Positions 17,663 to 26,043 of a DNA stretch of 34,140 bases are shown piece after piece. Each line of letters begins with the position of its first letter. Position 1 is the stretch's first letter. The notes under the pieces are model-generated. The model was not told the DNA's origin. It saw only the letters and a program-made list of their open reading frames with translations, and made no database searches. The position numbers were made by a program, and so were the translations under genes. Origin of the DNA: Dehalococcoidia bacterium (GTDB lineage Bacteria > Chloroflexota > Dehalococcoidia > GIF9 > AB-539-J10); assembly GCA_004376695.1 (NCBI GenBank), contig SOJB01000017.1, positions 1-34,140 on the forward strand, read 5' to 3'.

Positions 17663-18689
17663 ATCGCCTCGTTTCGCTCGCAACAGGGCATATGCCTCCG
17701 CTGGCGTAGATGTTCCTCTCGCTAATAGAGTGAAGGGAATCATTGCCCAGCAGATTCGAGCTACTTATCGACCGGAAGTGCTCGGCTCAGGATTCTTCGG
17801 CAGTATGTTTCAGTTCAAAGGATATGATGAGCCGATTCTGGTCTCCAGCGTTGACGGAGTGGGCACCAAGCTCAGAATAGCATCGCTCCTGGGCAAACAC
17901 GATACCGTAGGCATTGACATAGTCAACCATTGCGTGAACGACATTCTCTGTTGTGGCGCCGAGCCCCTTTTCTTTCTCGACTATATCGCCATGGGCAAGC
18001 TCAGACCCGAGCAAGTAGAAGCAATTATCTCGGGCATAGCTCGGGCCTGCCGGGAAGTTGGCTGCTCGCTGATTGGCGGTGAAACTGCTGAGATGCCAGG
18101 CATGTACCCTGAGCAGGACTATGACCTCGTAGGTTTCATTGTTGGAGTGGTGGAAAAAAGATGTGTCGTTGATGGCAGCAGCATCGTGTCGGGTGACGTG
18201 ATCCTAGGTCTGCCCTCCTCTGGCCTGCATACTAACGGCTATTCACTCGTGCGCAAGGTCTTCGGCATAGAGGCCAACCCTTCGTGCCTGGACAAGTTCT
18301 ACCCTGAGCTGGGGAAAAGCCTTGGCGAGGAATTGCTCCAGGTACACCAATGCTATTATCCTCAACTGAAGCCAGCCCTGCCGTTGGTCAAAGGGATAGC
18401 TCACATCACCGGTGGCGGCCTTGAGGGTAACATACCGCGCATTCTGCCCCAAGGACTCGCCGCTCGTCTGCACAAAGATTCCTGGCATGTGCCACCCATT
18501 TTCAAGCTTGTGCAGAAAGCTGGAGGCATAGAAGAGGCAGAGATGTATCCAGTATTCAACATGGGCGTAGGTATGACCGTTGTCTGTTCACCTCAGCAGG
18601 TAGCCAGCATCGCCAGCGTTCTGCCTGAGGCTAGAACTATCGGCGAGATAATCAAGGCAGTAGACGAGGACAGGGTAGCAATAGAGTGA
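17646..18689 (+). CDS. purM: phosphoribosylformylglycinamidine cyclo-ligase (AIR synthetase)
   Basis: YASAGVDV, SVDGVGTKL, GGETAEMPG. GTG 17646 is the only in-frame start and overlaps purF by 17 nt. Confidence 0.92.
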   Translation: MRASSESPRFARNRAYASAGVDVPLANRVKGIIAQQIRATYRPEVLGSGFFGSMFQFKGYDEPILVSSVDGVGTKLRIASLLGKHDTVGIDIVNHCVNDILCCGAEPLFFLDYIAMGKLRPEQVEAIISGIARACREVGCSLIGGETAEMPGMYPEQDYDLVGFIVGVVEKRCVVDGSSIVSGDVILGLPSSGLHTNGYSLVRKVFGIEANPSCLDKFYPELGKSLGEELLQVHQCYYPQLKPALPLVKGIAHITGGGLEGNIPRILPQGLAARLHKDSWHVPPIFKLVQKAGGIEEAEMYPVFNMGVGMTVVCSPQQVASIASVLPEARTIGEIIKAVDEDRVAIE

Positions 18690-18699
18690 AGAAGGCTCC

Positions 18700-20232
18700 G
18701 TGCGTGCCATAATAAGTGTTTCCGATAAATCAGGCGTCGTTGACTTTGCCCGAGGTCTGAAAGAGCTGGGCATCGAGATATTCAGCACCGGCGGAACGAA
18801 GAAATCGTTGGAGGCTGCCGGGACACAGGTGCATAGCATATCGGACCTGACCGGCTTCCCTGAGATCCTTAACGGTCGTGTGAAAACTCTGCATCCCGCA
18901 GTGCATGGCGGCATCTTGGCCCGACGTGATCTTCCTCAACACTTATCCGAGCTAAGGCGAAACCGAATTGAGCCGCTTGATATGGTGGTTGTGAACCTCT
19001 ATCCCTTTGTGGAAACTGTGAGCAGAGCCAGCGTCACCTTAGATGAGGCGCTGGAGAACATCGATATTGGCGGGCCAACGATGATTCGTTCGGCGGCCAA
19101 GAATTTCCCTTCCGTCCTGGTAGTAGTCGACCCCCGGGATTACGACGCAGTCCTGCAAGGGCTACACCAGGGCACTGTGGATTTACAGTACAGAAAACGG
19201 TTGGCCCAGAGAGCTTTCCAGCATGTGGCCCTTTATGATACGGCCATCGCTCAGTATCTTAATGAAGAGACCTTTCCCGAAGAGATGACCATCGCCTTGA
19301 AAAAGGAGCGCAGCCTCCGCTACGGTGAGAATCCCCACCAGCAAGCCGCCTTCTATGTTGAACAGAGTGTGAGGCACCCCCAAGACGGCTTAGCGTCGCT
19401 GGAACAGCTCGGCGGGCCCGAGATTTCCTTCAACAACCTCCTTGATTTGGATGCTGCCTTGAACCTGCTATGCGACTTCACCGATCCCACCATCGCTATA
19501 ATGAAGCACAACAATTCCTGCGGGCTTGCCTGCCATGACGATCTGGCCGAGGCTTACCAACGGGCTCTAGCAGGTGATCCTATAGCTGCTTTTGGAGGCG
19601 TAGTTGCGAGCAACCGAGGCATAGATTTGGCTACTGCCAGGGAGATAGACAAAACCCATTATGACGCCATTGTAGCTCCAGAATATGAGAAGAAGGCTCT
19701 GGAATTCCTGACGCGCAAGGAGAGTTTACGCCTTGTCAAAGTCGTTCCCTATTATCGTCTTTCGCCTTCCGAATCACGCCTCGATTTTCGCCATATCAGA
19801 GGCGGCTTCCTGGCACAAGCGCCAGACCTGTTAACCGAGCCCGAGCTTCAGCCCCGCACAGTGACCAAGCGTCAGCCTACAGACGCCGAATTGTCAGACC
19901 TGCTCTTCGCCTGGAAGGCGGTAAAAGCCATCAAATCTAACGCCATAGTTGTCGCCAAGGATAGAACACTGTTAGGCATGGGAGCCGGACAACCAAGCCG
20001 GGTAGTAAGCGTTGAACTGGCTCTAAAAAGGGCTGGCCAGCAAACTAAAGACAGCGTCCTTGCCTCAGATGCCTTCTTCCCTTTCACGGATGGCCCGGAA
20101 TTGGCAATCAAGCTCGGAGTTACCGCCATTATTCAGCCCGGTGGCTCAGTAAGGGATAAGGAGGTAATCGAACTGGCAGACAAGCATAAGGTTGCCATGG
20201 TGTTTACCGGTATTCGCCACTTTCGACACTGA
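18700..20232 (+). CDS. purH: bifunctional AICAR transformylase / IMP cyclohydrolase
   Basis: RAIISVSDKSGVVDFARGLKELGIEIFSTGGT (MGS-like IMPCH domain) followed by an AICARFT domain. GTG start after GAAGAAGG. Confidence 0.95.
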   Translation: MRAIISVSDKSGVVDFARGLKELGIEIFSTGGTKKSLEAAGTQVHSISDLTGFPEILNGRVKTLHPAVHGGILARRDLPQHLSELRRNRIEPLDMVVVNLYPFVETVSRASVTLDEALENIDIGGPTMIRSAAKNFPSVLVVVDPRDYDAVLQGLHQGTVDLQYRKRLAQRAFQHVALYDTAIAQYLNEETFPEEMTIALKKERSLRYGENPHQQAAFYVEQSVRHPQDGLASLEQLGGPEISFNNLLDLDAALNLLCDFTDPTIAIMKHNNSCGLACHDDLAEAYQRALAGDPIAAFGGVVASNRGIDLATAREIDKTHYDAIVAPEYEKKALEFLTRKESLRLVKVVPYYRLSPSESRLDFRHIRGGFLAQAPDLLTEPELQPRTVTKRQPTDAELSDLLFAWKAVKAIKSNAIVVAKDRTLLGMGAGQPSRVVSVELALKRAGQQTKDSVLASDAFFPFTDGPELAIKLGVTAIIQPGGSVRDKEVIELADKHKVAMVFTGIRHFRH

Positions 20233-20301
20233 CCCGGACAAACACAAGGTCCAGAACATTCAGAGGCTAGTACTCAGCATCTATTTAGGTGGTGTGAATC
20301 A

Positions 20302-20619
20302 ATGTTCATTATCAGTAAAGAGGCTATGGAAGGCGTTATGTCACTCAAAGACAAGATGGCGGATCCCCAGAAGAAGGTGGAGTGTATTGCCGATGTGGAA
20401 AACATGATAGAAACAAAGGAATCCCTTTTGGCGAGGGCGGAGTGGGGCTCTTGCTGCGGCAACATCTGCAACCTGGTGCCTCGAATAGACAACGAAATAC
20501 AGATGCTCCGCAGCATATTGGGCCTTCTAAGAGAAGGCAGCACGCAGGCAGCTTCTCTGTTGGATGATTACGTAGCCCTGGTGCAAGAAGGCTACAGACC
20601 TGAACCCGATCATTGGTGA
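20302..20619 (+). CDS. hypothetical 105-aa protein (helical, four Cys including CCGNIC); no family recognised
   Basis: AGGTGG lies ~10 nt upstream of the ATG. The stop is 4 nt before the next gene's ATG, so it is probably co-translated with the nicotinamidase-NAPRT fusion. Confidence 0.55.
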   Translation: MFIISKEAMEGVMSLKDKMADPQKKVECIADVENMIETKESLLARAEWGSCCGNICNLVPRIDNEIQMLRSILGLLREGSTQAASLLDDYVALVQEGYRPEPDHW

Positions 20620-20623
20620 TTCG

Positions 20624-22150
20624 ATGGCTAGAGCGGTGATTGTATCAGATATGCTGCGCGGCTTTCTCGAGGAAGGTTATCCACTTTACTGTGGCATCCA
20701 GGCCAGGGGTATCATACCCAATGTCCAGAGACTGCTCAAGAGAGAGTTAGAGCAGGGCTCGAAGGTGTTCTACTCCTGTGACCGCCATATACCGGACGAC
20801 GCGGAATTCAGGATGTTCCTGCCCCATTGCATTGAAGGCACTGAGGAAGCCGAACTCATACCCGAACTCCTGGAATATCCCGGCGAGATAATACCAAAAA
20901 AGTCTTTTAGCAGCTTCTACAAAACCCCTTTAGACAGGAGACTGGAGGCAATCAGGCCCGAAACGATAGTTGTCTGCGGCGTAACCACCCATATCTGCGT
21001 TTTGCACGCAGTTATTGATGCCAGAAACAGGGGCTATGATGTTGAAGTCCCCGTTGACTGCGTCGCCTCATTCGATAGAAAGGCTCACTTCTTCGCGCTG
21101 GACTATATGGAAAAGGTGCTTGGAGCCAGGCTTGTCAAGCCACCTGTTAAGGTACCCCCGCCGCGTTTTGAGATTCTGGATTCATGGTTGAACGGAGAGA
21201 CTGCGGACATCTATTTCCCCCGCACCGTGGAAATACTCAAGAAAGAGGGGATTAACCCCGTAGTAACGATGGAGGTTTTTTCTCGCCAGGCCGGTATCTT
21301 GTGCGGCATAGAAGAAGTCAAAGCTCTACTGGATGGAGTGCTTCCCAAGGATAATCGTGAGGTCTGGGCACTGGACCAAGGCGAGCCTTTCAACGGAATG
21401 GAAGTAGTGCTGCGCATAAGAGCCCCCTATCAAAGTTACGGAGCTTATGAGACAGCCTACTTGGGCATGCTCTCTCATTGCAGTGGCTGGGCTACTGCTG
21501 CTCGACAATGCGTCGATGCTGCCCGGGGTATTCCTGTCATCAGCTTTGGAGCTCGTCATGTCCATCCCTCGGTGGTCGGCATTATGGAATACTCTGCCAT
21601 AGTCGGAGGCTGCACTGGCTGCGCCAGTACCGCTGGAGCAAAACTTGCCGGCATCCAACCCACAGGGACTATTCCCCACGCCCTCATCATTATCATGGAC
21701 AGCACTGCTAAGGCCACTCTTGCCTTTGACAAGCATGTGCCTTCCGAAGTGCCGCGCATTGCCCTGGTTGATACCTTCGAGGACGAGGTTAGAGAAAGTG
21801 TAACTGTAGCCAAAGCGATGCAAGGAAAGTTACAAGGCGTAAGATTAGATACACCTTCAGAAAGAGGTCGAGTTACTGCCGACCTGGTCAAAGAAGTGAG
21901 GGCCTGGCTGGACCTCGAGGGATTTAGGGACGTGAAAATAGTTGTCAGCGGTGGACTTGACCCGGAGCGAATCAGATATTTCACGGACGAAGGGGCGCCA
22001 GTGGATGTTCTCGCCGTTGGCAGCTACATCAGCGACGCCAAGCCCATCAACTTCACGGCGGACATTCACGAAGTGGAGGGCAAGCCCATCGCCAAAAGAG
22101 GCAGGATGCCCGGCATCACTCCCAACCCCAGGCTAAGAAGGGTGATGTGA
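20624..22150 (+). CDS. fusion protein: N-terminal nicotinamidase (isochorismatase-fold, PncA-like) + C-terminal type-II nicotinate phosphoribosyltransferase (archaeal-type PncB/COG1488-like)
   Basis: aa 1-170 carry the cysteine-hydrolase triad context (D9, K92/K93, C125 in GVTTHICV) and the PncA metal motif D53-x-H55...H68 (SCDRHIPDD...LPHCIEG). A Pro-rich linker KPPVKVPPPRF spans aa 172-182. aa ~183-508 show the NAPRT/QAPRT-fold pattern (ADIYFPRT..., ETAYLGMLSH..., FGARHVHP, GTIPHA, VSGGLD). Confidence 0.8.
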   Translation: MARAVIVSDMLRGFLEEGYPLYCGIQARGIIPNVQRLLKRELEQGSKVFYSCDRHIPDDAEFRMFLPHCIEGTEEAELIPELLEYPGEIIPKKSFSSFYKTPLDRRLEAIRPETIVVCGVTTHICVLHAVIDARNRGYDVEVPVDCVASFDRKAHFFALDYMEKVLGARLVKPPVKVPPPRFEILDSWLNGETADIYFPRTVEILKKEGINPVVTMEVFSRQAGILCGIEEVKALLDGVLPKDNREVWALDQGEPFNGMEVVLRIRAPYQSYGAYETAYLGMLSHCSGWATAARQCVDAARGIPVISFGARHVHPSVVGIMEYSAIVGGCTGCASTAGAKLAGIQPTGTIPHALIIIMDSTAKATLAFDKHVPSEVPRIALVDTFEDEVRESVTVAKAMQGKLQGVRLDTPSERGRVTADLVKEVRAWLDLEGFRDVKIVVSGGLDPERIRYFTDEGAPVDVLAVGSYISDAKPINFTADIHEVEGKPIAKRGRMPGITPNPRLRRVM

Positions 22151-22210
22151 ACAACGGCAGAGGAGCTTGCCACAGCATGACACTTGTTCGCATAATCGGC
22201 GATCGATGCG

Positions 22211-23035
22211 TTAGCTTTGCTGCTTTCGCGCTGCTCCCGATTCCTCTACTATCCTGGACAATATCTCACCCGTCTTCCCCTGAGTTAGATAGTCCGATAC
22301 GTTTTCGTAAGTGATCGGCGTAGCGTCCGCATTCACCTCTATTGGCCTTACATTAGCCTTACGCCCCATCACGTCCACGCCCGGGACTAACCCACCCGAA
22401 TGCAATCTCGCCATCCTAGGCCGATTAGCACAGGGATAGACCTCTGCCGATGTTCCACAGATAAGCATCAAGTTGCATCTCAGACCTTCTTCTTCCGATT
22501 CCCTCACGACATCGAAAGGAATTGGCTCCTTGAAATGAACCACATCATATTTCAGGGCGGCACCACATTTGCAGAGAGGCAGTAGTTCATCGGTAGAGAC
22601 TTCTTCCCTGGCAAGCCCTGAGCCACAAGATAGGCATCTCCGTGTATGGATGCTGCCCTGATACTCTAGAATCCTCCGGGCTTCCTGCCGTTCTATGGAA
22701 ACCATCGATATTCTGCGTGATTACGCGCTTCAGTATCCCCGGGGCTTCGAGCTCGGTCAGAGCACAATAACCTGGATTTGGCTGGGCCTTCCCGATTTCC
22801 TCATAGAATGCCCCGCCTGTCCCTTGAAGCCCACGCACTTCCTCCCAGTATGCCCTGAGGTCTTTCAGGAAAAGGCCGCGCCTTTGATAAGCCCTGGCCT
22901 CTGCCTCCCTGTTTGTGATCCACAACCCCTTGGCCCCCCGGAATCAGGTATGCCTGATTCAGGGGACATACCAGCCCCGCTCAGTGCAACGGCATACGTG
23001 CTCTCCGCCGAATCTTCTGCTGCCCGCCTAACCAC
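22211..23035 (-). pseudogene. cobB: Sir2-family NAD-dependent deacylase (CobB-like) disrupted by two frameshifts
   Basis: The motifs sit in three different frames. AVALSGAGMSPESGIPD is in the frame from GTG 23035. FRGAKGLWITN...AQPNPGYCALTELE...VITQNIDGFHRTAGS is in track ORF 22587..22925. RRILEYQGSIHTRRCLSCGS...CKCG...ICGTSAEVYP is in track ORF 22211..22705. The frame breaks fall at ~22941-22943 and within 22671-22685. The invariant HG His is Gln (CAG, 22658-22660). Confidence 0.8.
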
Positions 23036-23070
23036 GCTTTCCGTGACTCACCCCACCATCACCGCCATCT

Positions 23071-23739
23071 CTAAGAAACTGCCTCTTGCTCCTGCTTTCT
23101 TGCTCTGAACAAGAGCACCCTGGCTGCGATCAAAGCTAGCAAGCCCGAGACCAGAAGGATCTTTCTGTCGAGAGGCATAACAGGCCAGAAGCCTCGCCAA
23201 GCGGCATCCATTACCTCTATCAGCTCGATTCGAGGAACCTGGAACTGCGTTTCACCTGTCTGAGGGTCGCGTTGGTAGAACATCGCATCAGGATTCTCAA
23301 TGGGGGTCTCTGCTTTGCTCTCATACTCCACCCATATATGCATGGGCGACATATTGACTCGATAGGGGATGCCTCTCGCTTCCAGAATAGAAGCCAGAAC
23401 CAGAGCCCGGGCTTTGCAGTCTCCCCTCTCCCGCTCCAGCACTTCCTGAACGGTAGGGAAATACCAGGGCATGCCATAAACCTCCCAATCATAACCATAA
23501 GGTATCCTGGCCAGGACTGCCTTCTCAACAGCTACAGGATCAGAAGGAAGATCATCGAGCATAACCTCGACGGCGCCGGGATCAACACGTAGATCAGCAG
23601 CCCTTTGGATGCTGACGATTATGTTCAGAGGATTGGGATACAACACAACAAGAATCCAGAGTATGATAAACAAAGGAAAATAGCGCCGGAAAACCTTCTC
23701 TCCCGCAATCTTCCGTCCTGGCCTGCTACTATCCCACAT
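23071..23739 (-). CDS. membrane-anchored transglutaminase-like (cysteine-protease fold) protein
   Basis: RGDCKARALVLASILEARGIPYR...SPMHIWVEY gives the Cys/His context of the transglutaminase-like core. Hydrophobic helices at both termini. AAGGAGAG SD. Confidence 0.65.
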   Translation of the reverse strand: MWDSSRPGRKIAGEKVFRRYFPLFIILWILVVLYPNPLNIIVSIQRAADLRVDPGAVEVMLDDLPSDPVAVEKAVLARIPYGYDWEVYGMPWYFPTVQEVLERERGDCKARALVLASILEARGIPYRVNMSPMHIWVEYESKAETPIENPDAMFYQRDPQTGETQFQVPRIELIEVMDAAWRGFWPVMPLDRKILLVSGLLALIAARVLLFRARKQEQEAVS

Positions 23740-23964
23740 CTCTCTCCTTCAATTCTCAATCTATCTCTTCAACGGCGAGTCTGGCCATCAAGTTAATGTG
23801 CTCGAATGTGTCCTCACGGAGCAGCGGAAACCCGCCATGCGTCGTCGTTGCAGTGCTTGATTGGCAATCGCAGTTCATAGACAGCAGCTTCCTCTCAGTA
23901 CGGTGCCCATTCTGTCCTCCATTCCGCCTATCCCGACCTAGATGAGCAGCACAGCTAACCTTGA

Positions 23965-24357
23965 TCACGATCGACCTTGGAGAGGCCGCCTCCTTCGCTC
24001 TATCCGGCGCAGAGTCCTCTCATCCAGGCCGAAGTGATGGGCCAGCTCATGACGGACTGCTTCCCCTATTTTCACCTCAACCTCCTTCTCCGAGTTACAC
24101 TGTGTCTCTATCGGCTTCTGGAAGATACTTATCTTATCGGGAAGCACCATTCCGTAGCTCCTGCCTCGCTTGGTTTGGGGCACGCCCTCATAGAGCCCCA
24201 ATAACTGCCGACGATCAGCAAGCTTAACCTGCCGGAGCTGCCTTGGCGTCGGCCAATCCTGTATGACGATATCAACATTTTCCAGTTTGTGCCGAAATTC
24301 CGGCGGCAGATCGTCGATCGCCTGCGCAATAAGAATCTCAAACTTCTCTCTCTTCAT
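23965..24357 (-). CDS. zincin-like metallopeptidase family protein (DUF1025/Zincin_1-like)
   Basis: 130 aa with N-terminal F..L...A...LP..F and C-terminal HELAHHFG (HExxH). Confidence 0.7.
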   Translation of the reverse strand: MKREKFEILIAQAIDDLPPEFRHKLENVDIVIQDWPTPRQLRQVKLADRRQLLGLYEGVPQTKRGRSYGMVLPDKISIFQKPIETQCNSEKEVEVKIGEAVRHELAHHFGLDERTLRRIERRRRPLQGRS

Positions 24358-24493
24358 GTCTGGAAATCACAGGTATCGCGGGTAAGCACAACAGGCTACC
24401 ATCACTCTACCACGGAAGGTTGTCATCAGACAAATGAGGGCCACCAACGGTATCACTCGAAGTTGACTTTTTTGACTATACTCGGTATAACAC

Positions 24494-24522
24494 TAGACAT
24501 ACCTCGGTTCACGATGTATAAT
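24494..24522 (+). promoter_or_regulatory. sigma70-like promoter candidate for aroH-DAHPS-ribF-tyrS (TAGACA-N17-TATAAT)
   Basis: tagaca 24494-24499 and tataat 24517-24522. A second candidate, TTGACT(24463)-N17-TATAAC(24486), lies just upstream. Confidence 0.45.
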
Positions 24523-24618
24523 GGTGCTAGCTTTGCCCGCCGTGACGGCGAGCCTTGTTGACGAAGGATGACAAATAGTATAGGCTGCTATTCAGGTCTG
24601 AGAAGAGGAGACGTCAGA

Positions 24619-25002
24619 TTGCGATGCCGTGGCATCAGAGGTGCTATCACGGTTTCAACGAACGAAAAGGAGAGCATCCTGGCCGCAGCCAAAGAGTTGC
24701 TTGTGGAGATGACACAGGCCAACAGAATCGGAGTTGAGGACATAGCTGCCATTCTTTTCACCACCACGCCAGACCTGAATGTTGAGTTTCCTGCCGCGGC
24801 CACACGCGAGCTAGGATGGCCACCCAACCTCGCTTTGCTCTGCGGGCATGAGATGAACGTCGCTCACGATCTACCCCACTGCCTGAGGATTCTGATGCTC
24901 ATAAACACTGAGAAGGAGCTTGACGACATCAGGCATGTTTACTTAGGAGAGGCAAAGAGGCTGAAGAACGAAACGTCGCTGTCAATCGGAGGCAACACAT
25001 GA
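24619..25002 (+). CDS. aroH: chorismate mutase, AroH class
   Basis: RGIRGAITV..., TTTPDLNVEFPAAATRELGW, IRHVYLGEAKRL parallel B. subtilis AroH. TTG 24619 lies 8 nt after AAGAGGAG. The track start ATG 24568 is possible but has poor SD spacing. Confidence 0.85.
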   Translation: MRCRGIRGAITVSTNEKESILAAAKELLVEMTQANRIGVEDIAAILFTTTPDLNVEFPAAATRELGWPPNLALLCGHEMNVAHDLPHCLRILMLINTEKELDDIRHVYLGEAKRLKNETSLSIGGNT

Positions 25003-26039
25003 TTGTAATCATGAGAATCGGCTGCAGCCAAGACGAAATTAGCCGGGTCACGAACAGAATCGTGGACGCCGGTCTGAGGGTATACATTCCACATGGTGTT
25101 GAACGTACGGTTATCGGCGTGGTAGGACAAGCTTTCCCTGGACTTCGCGATGCACTGGAATCGCTCCCCGGTGTCGATCAGGTCATACCTGTGACCAAAC
25201 CTTACCAGCTTGCCAGTCGGGAGTTCCATCCCGAGGACACCATAGTTGAGCTGGATGGCGTAACTATCGGCGGCAGTGAAATAGTCGTCATGGCTGGACC
25301 CTGCGCCGTAGAAAGCGAGGAACAACTTCTGCTCACTGCACAAGCGGTCAAGGCAGCCGGGGCCACTGTGCTGCGCGGTGGTGCCTTCAAACCACGCACC
25401 TCTCCCTATGAGTTTCGCGGACTGGGAGAACGGGGGCTCAGGATACTGGCACAGGTGGGCGAGGAAACTCAAATGCCCATAGTCACCGAGGTCATGGCGC
25501 CGCACGACGTTGATCTAGTAGCCCGATACGCCGATATACTCCAGATTGGAAGCAGAAACATGCAGAATTTCGTTCTGCTCGATGAGGTGGGAAGAACGAG
25601 GAAGCCAGTCTTGCTCAAACGTGGTTTGTCAGCAAACATCCAGGAGTGGTTACTGGCCGCTGAATATGTTCTGGTGCAAGGAAATGAACAGGTTATTCTC
25701 TGTGAACGTGGTATCAGAACGTTTGAGAATTATTCCCGCAATACTATGGACATTAACGCTATACCGATTATCGAGAAGGTCAGCCATCTACCGATTATCG
25801 CCGATCCCAGCCACGCCACAGGCAAATGGTACTTAGTATCCCCGCTGGCGCTAGCTGCGGTAGCTGCCGGAGCAGACGGACTTCTCATAGAAGTCCATCC
25901 TAATCCTGACATGGCGCTTGCTGATGGTCCTCAATCACTTACCTTTGACAATTTCCGCCTCTTGATGTCTCAATTACAGCCCATAGCTGAAGCCAGGAGT
26001 AGAAAGCTAGCTATGCCAGCCGTGAGGGTCAACCCCTGA
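24999..26039 (+). CDS. 3-deoxy-7-phosphoheptulonate (DAHP) synthase, type I-beta with N-terminal ferredoxin/ACT-like regulatory domain
   Basis: A ~70-aa N-terminal domain (MIVIMRIGCSQDEISRV...) is followed by AGPCAVESEEQ, KPRTSPYEFRGLG, LKRG, ADPSHATG. ATGA overlap with aroH. Confidence 0.9.
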   Translation: MIVIMRIGCSQDEISRVTNRIVDAGLRVYIPHGVERTVIGVVGQAFPGLRDALESLPGVDQVIPVTKPYQLASREFHPEDTIVELDGVTIGGSEIVVMAGPCAVESEEQLLLTAQAVKAAGATVLRGGAFKPRTSPYEFRGLGERGLRILAQVGEETQMPIVTEVMAPHDVDLVARYADILQIGSRNMQNFVLLDEVGRTRKPVLLKRGLSANIQEWLLAAEYVLVQGNEQVILCERGIRTFENYSRNTMDINAIPIIEKVSHLPIIADPSHATGKWYLVSPLALAAVAAGADGLLIEVHPNPDMALADGPQSLTFDNFRLLMSQLQPIAEARSRKLAMPAVRVNP

Positions 26040-26043
26040 GATC

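Noticed and set aside
17165-17743. 192-aa reverse-strand ORF across the purF/purM junction
   Set aside because: Antisense to two strongly supported genes, with no motifs.
22941-22960. Palindrome gaatcagg-tatg-cctgattc
   Set aside because: It falls inside the sirtuin remnant and encodes part of the conserved ESGIPD motif on the reverse strand. This is most simply a coincidence of coding sequence rather than a site.
23756-23968. 70-aa track ORF between the zincin and transglutaminase-like genes
   Set aside because: The full-length form starts at a GTG overlapping the zincin stop with no SD. Only the internal 40-codon version (23878) has a plausible SD, and that is kept as a low-confidence note in a finding rather than as a feature.
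24523-24618. Possible T-box or amino-acid riboswitch leader upstream of aroH/DAHP synthase
   Set aside because: The leader is under 100 nt, has no T-box consensus (…GGTGGTACCGCG…) and contains only a short cgccg-tga-cggcg hairpin.
24939-25505. 188-aa reverse-strand ORF over the DAHP synthase 5' half
   Set aside because: Antisense to a gene with unambiguous DAHPS motifs, with no SD or family resemblance.
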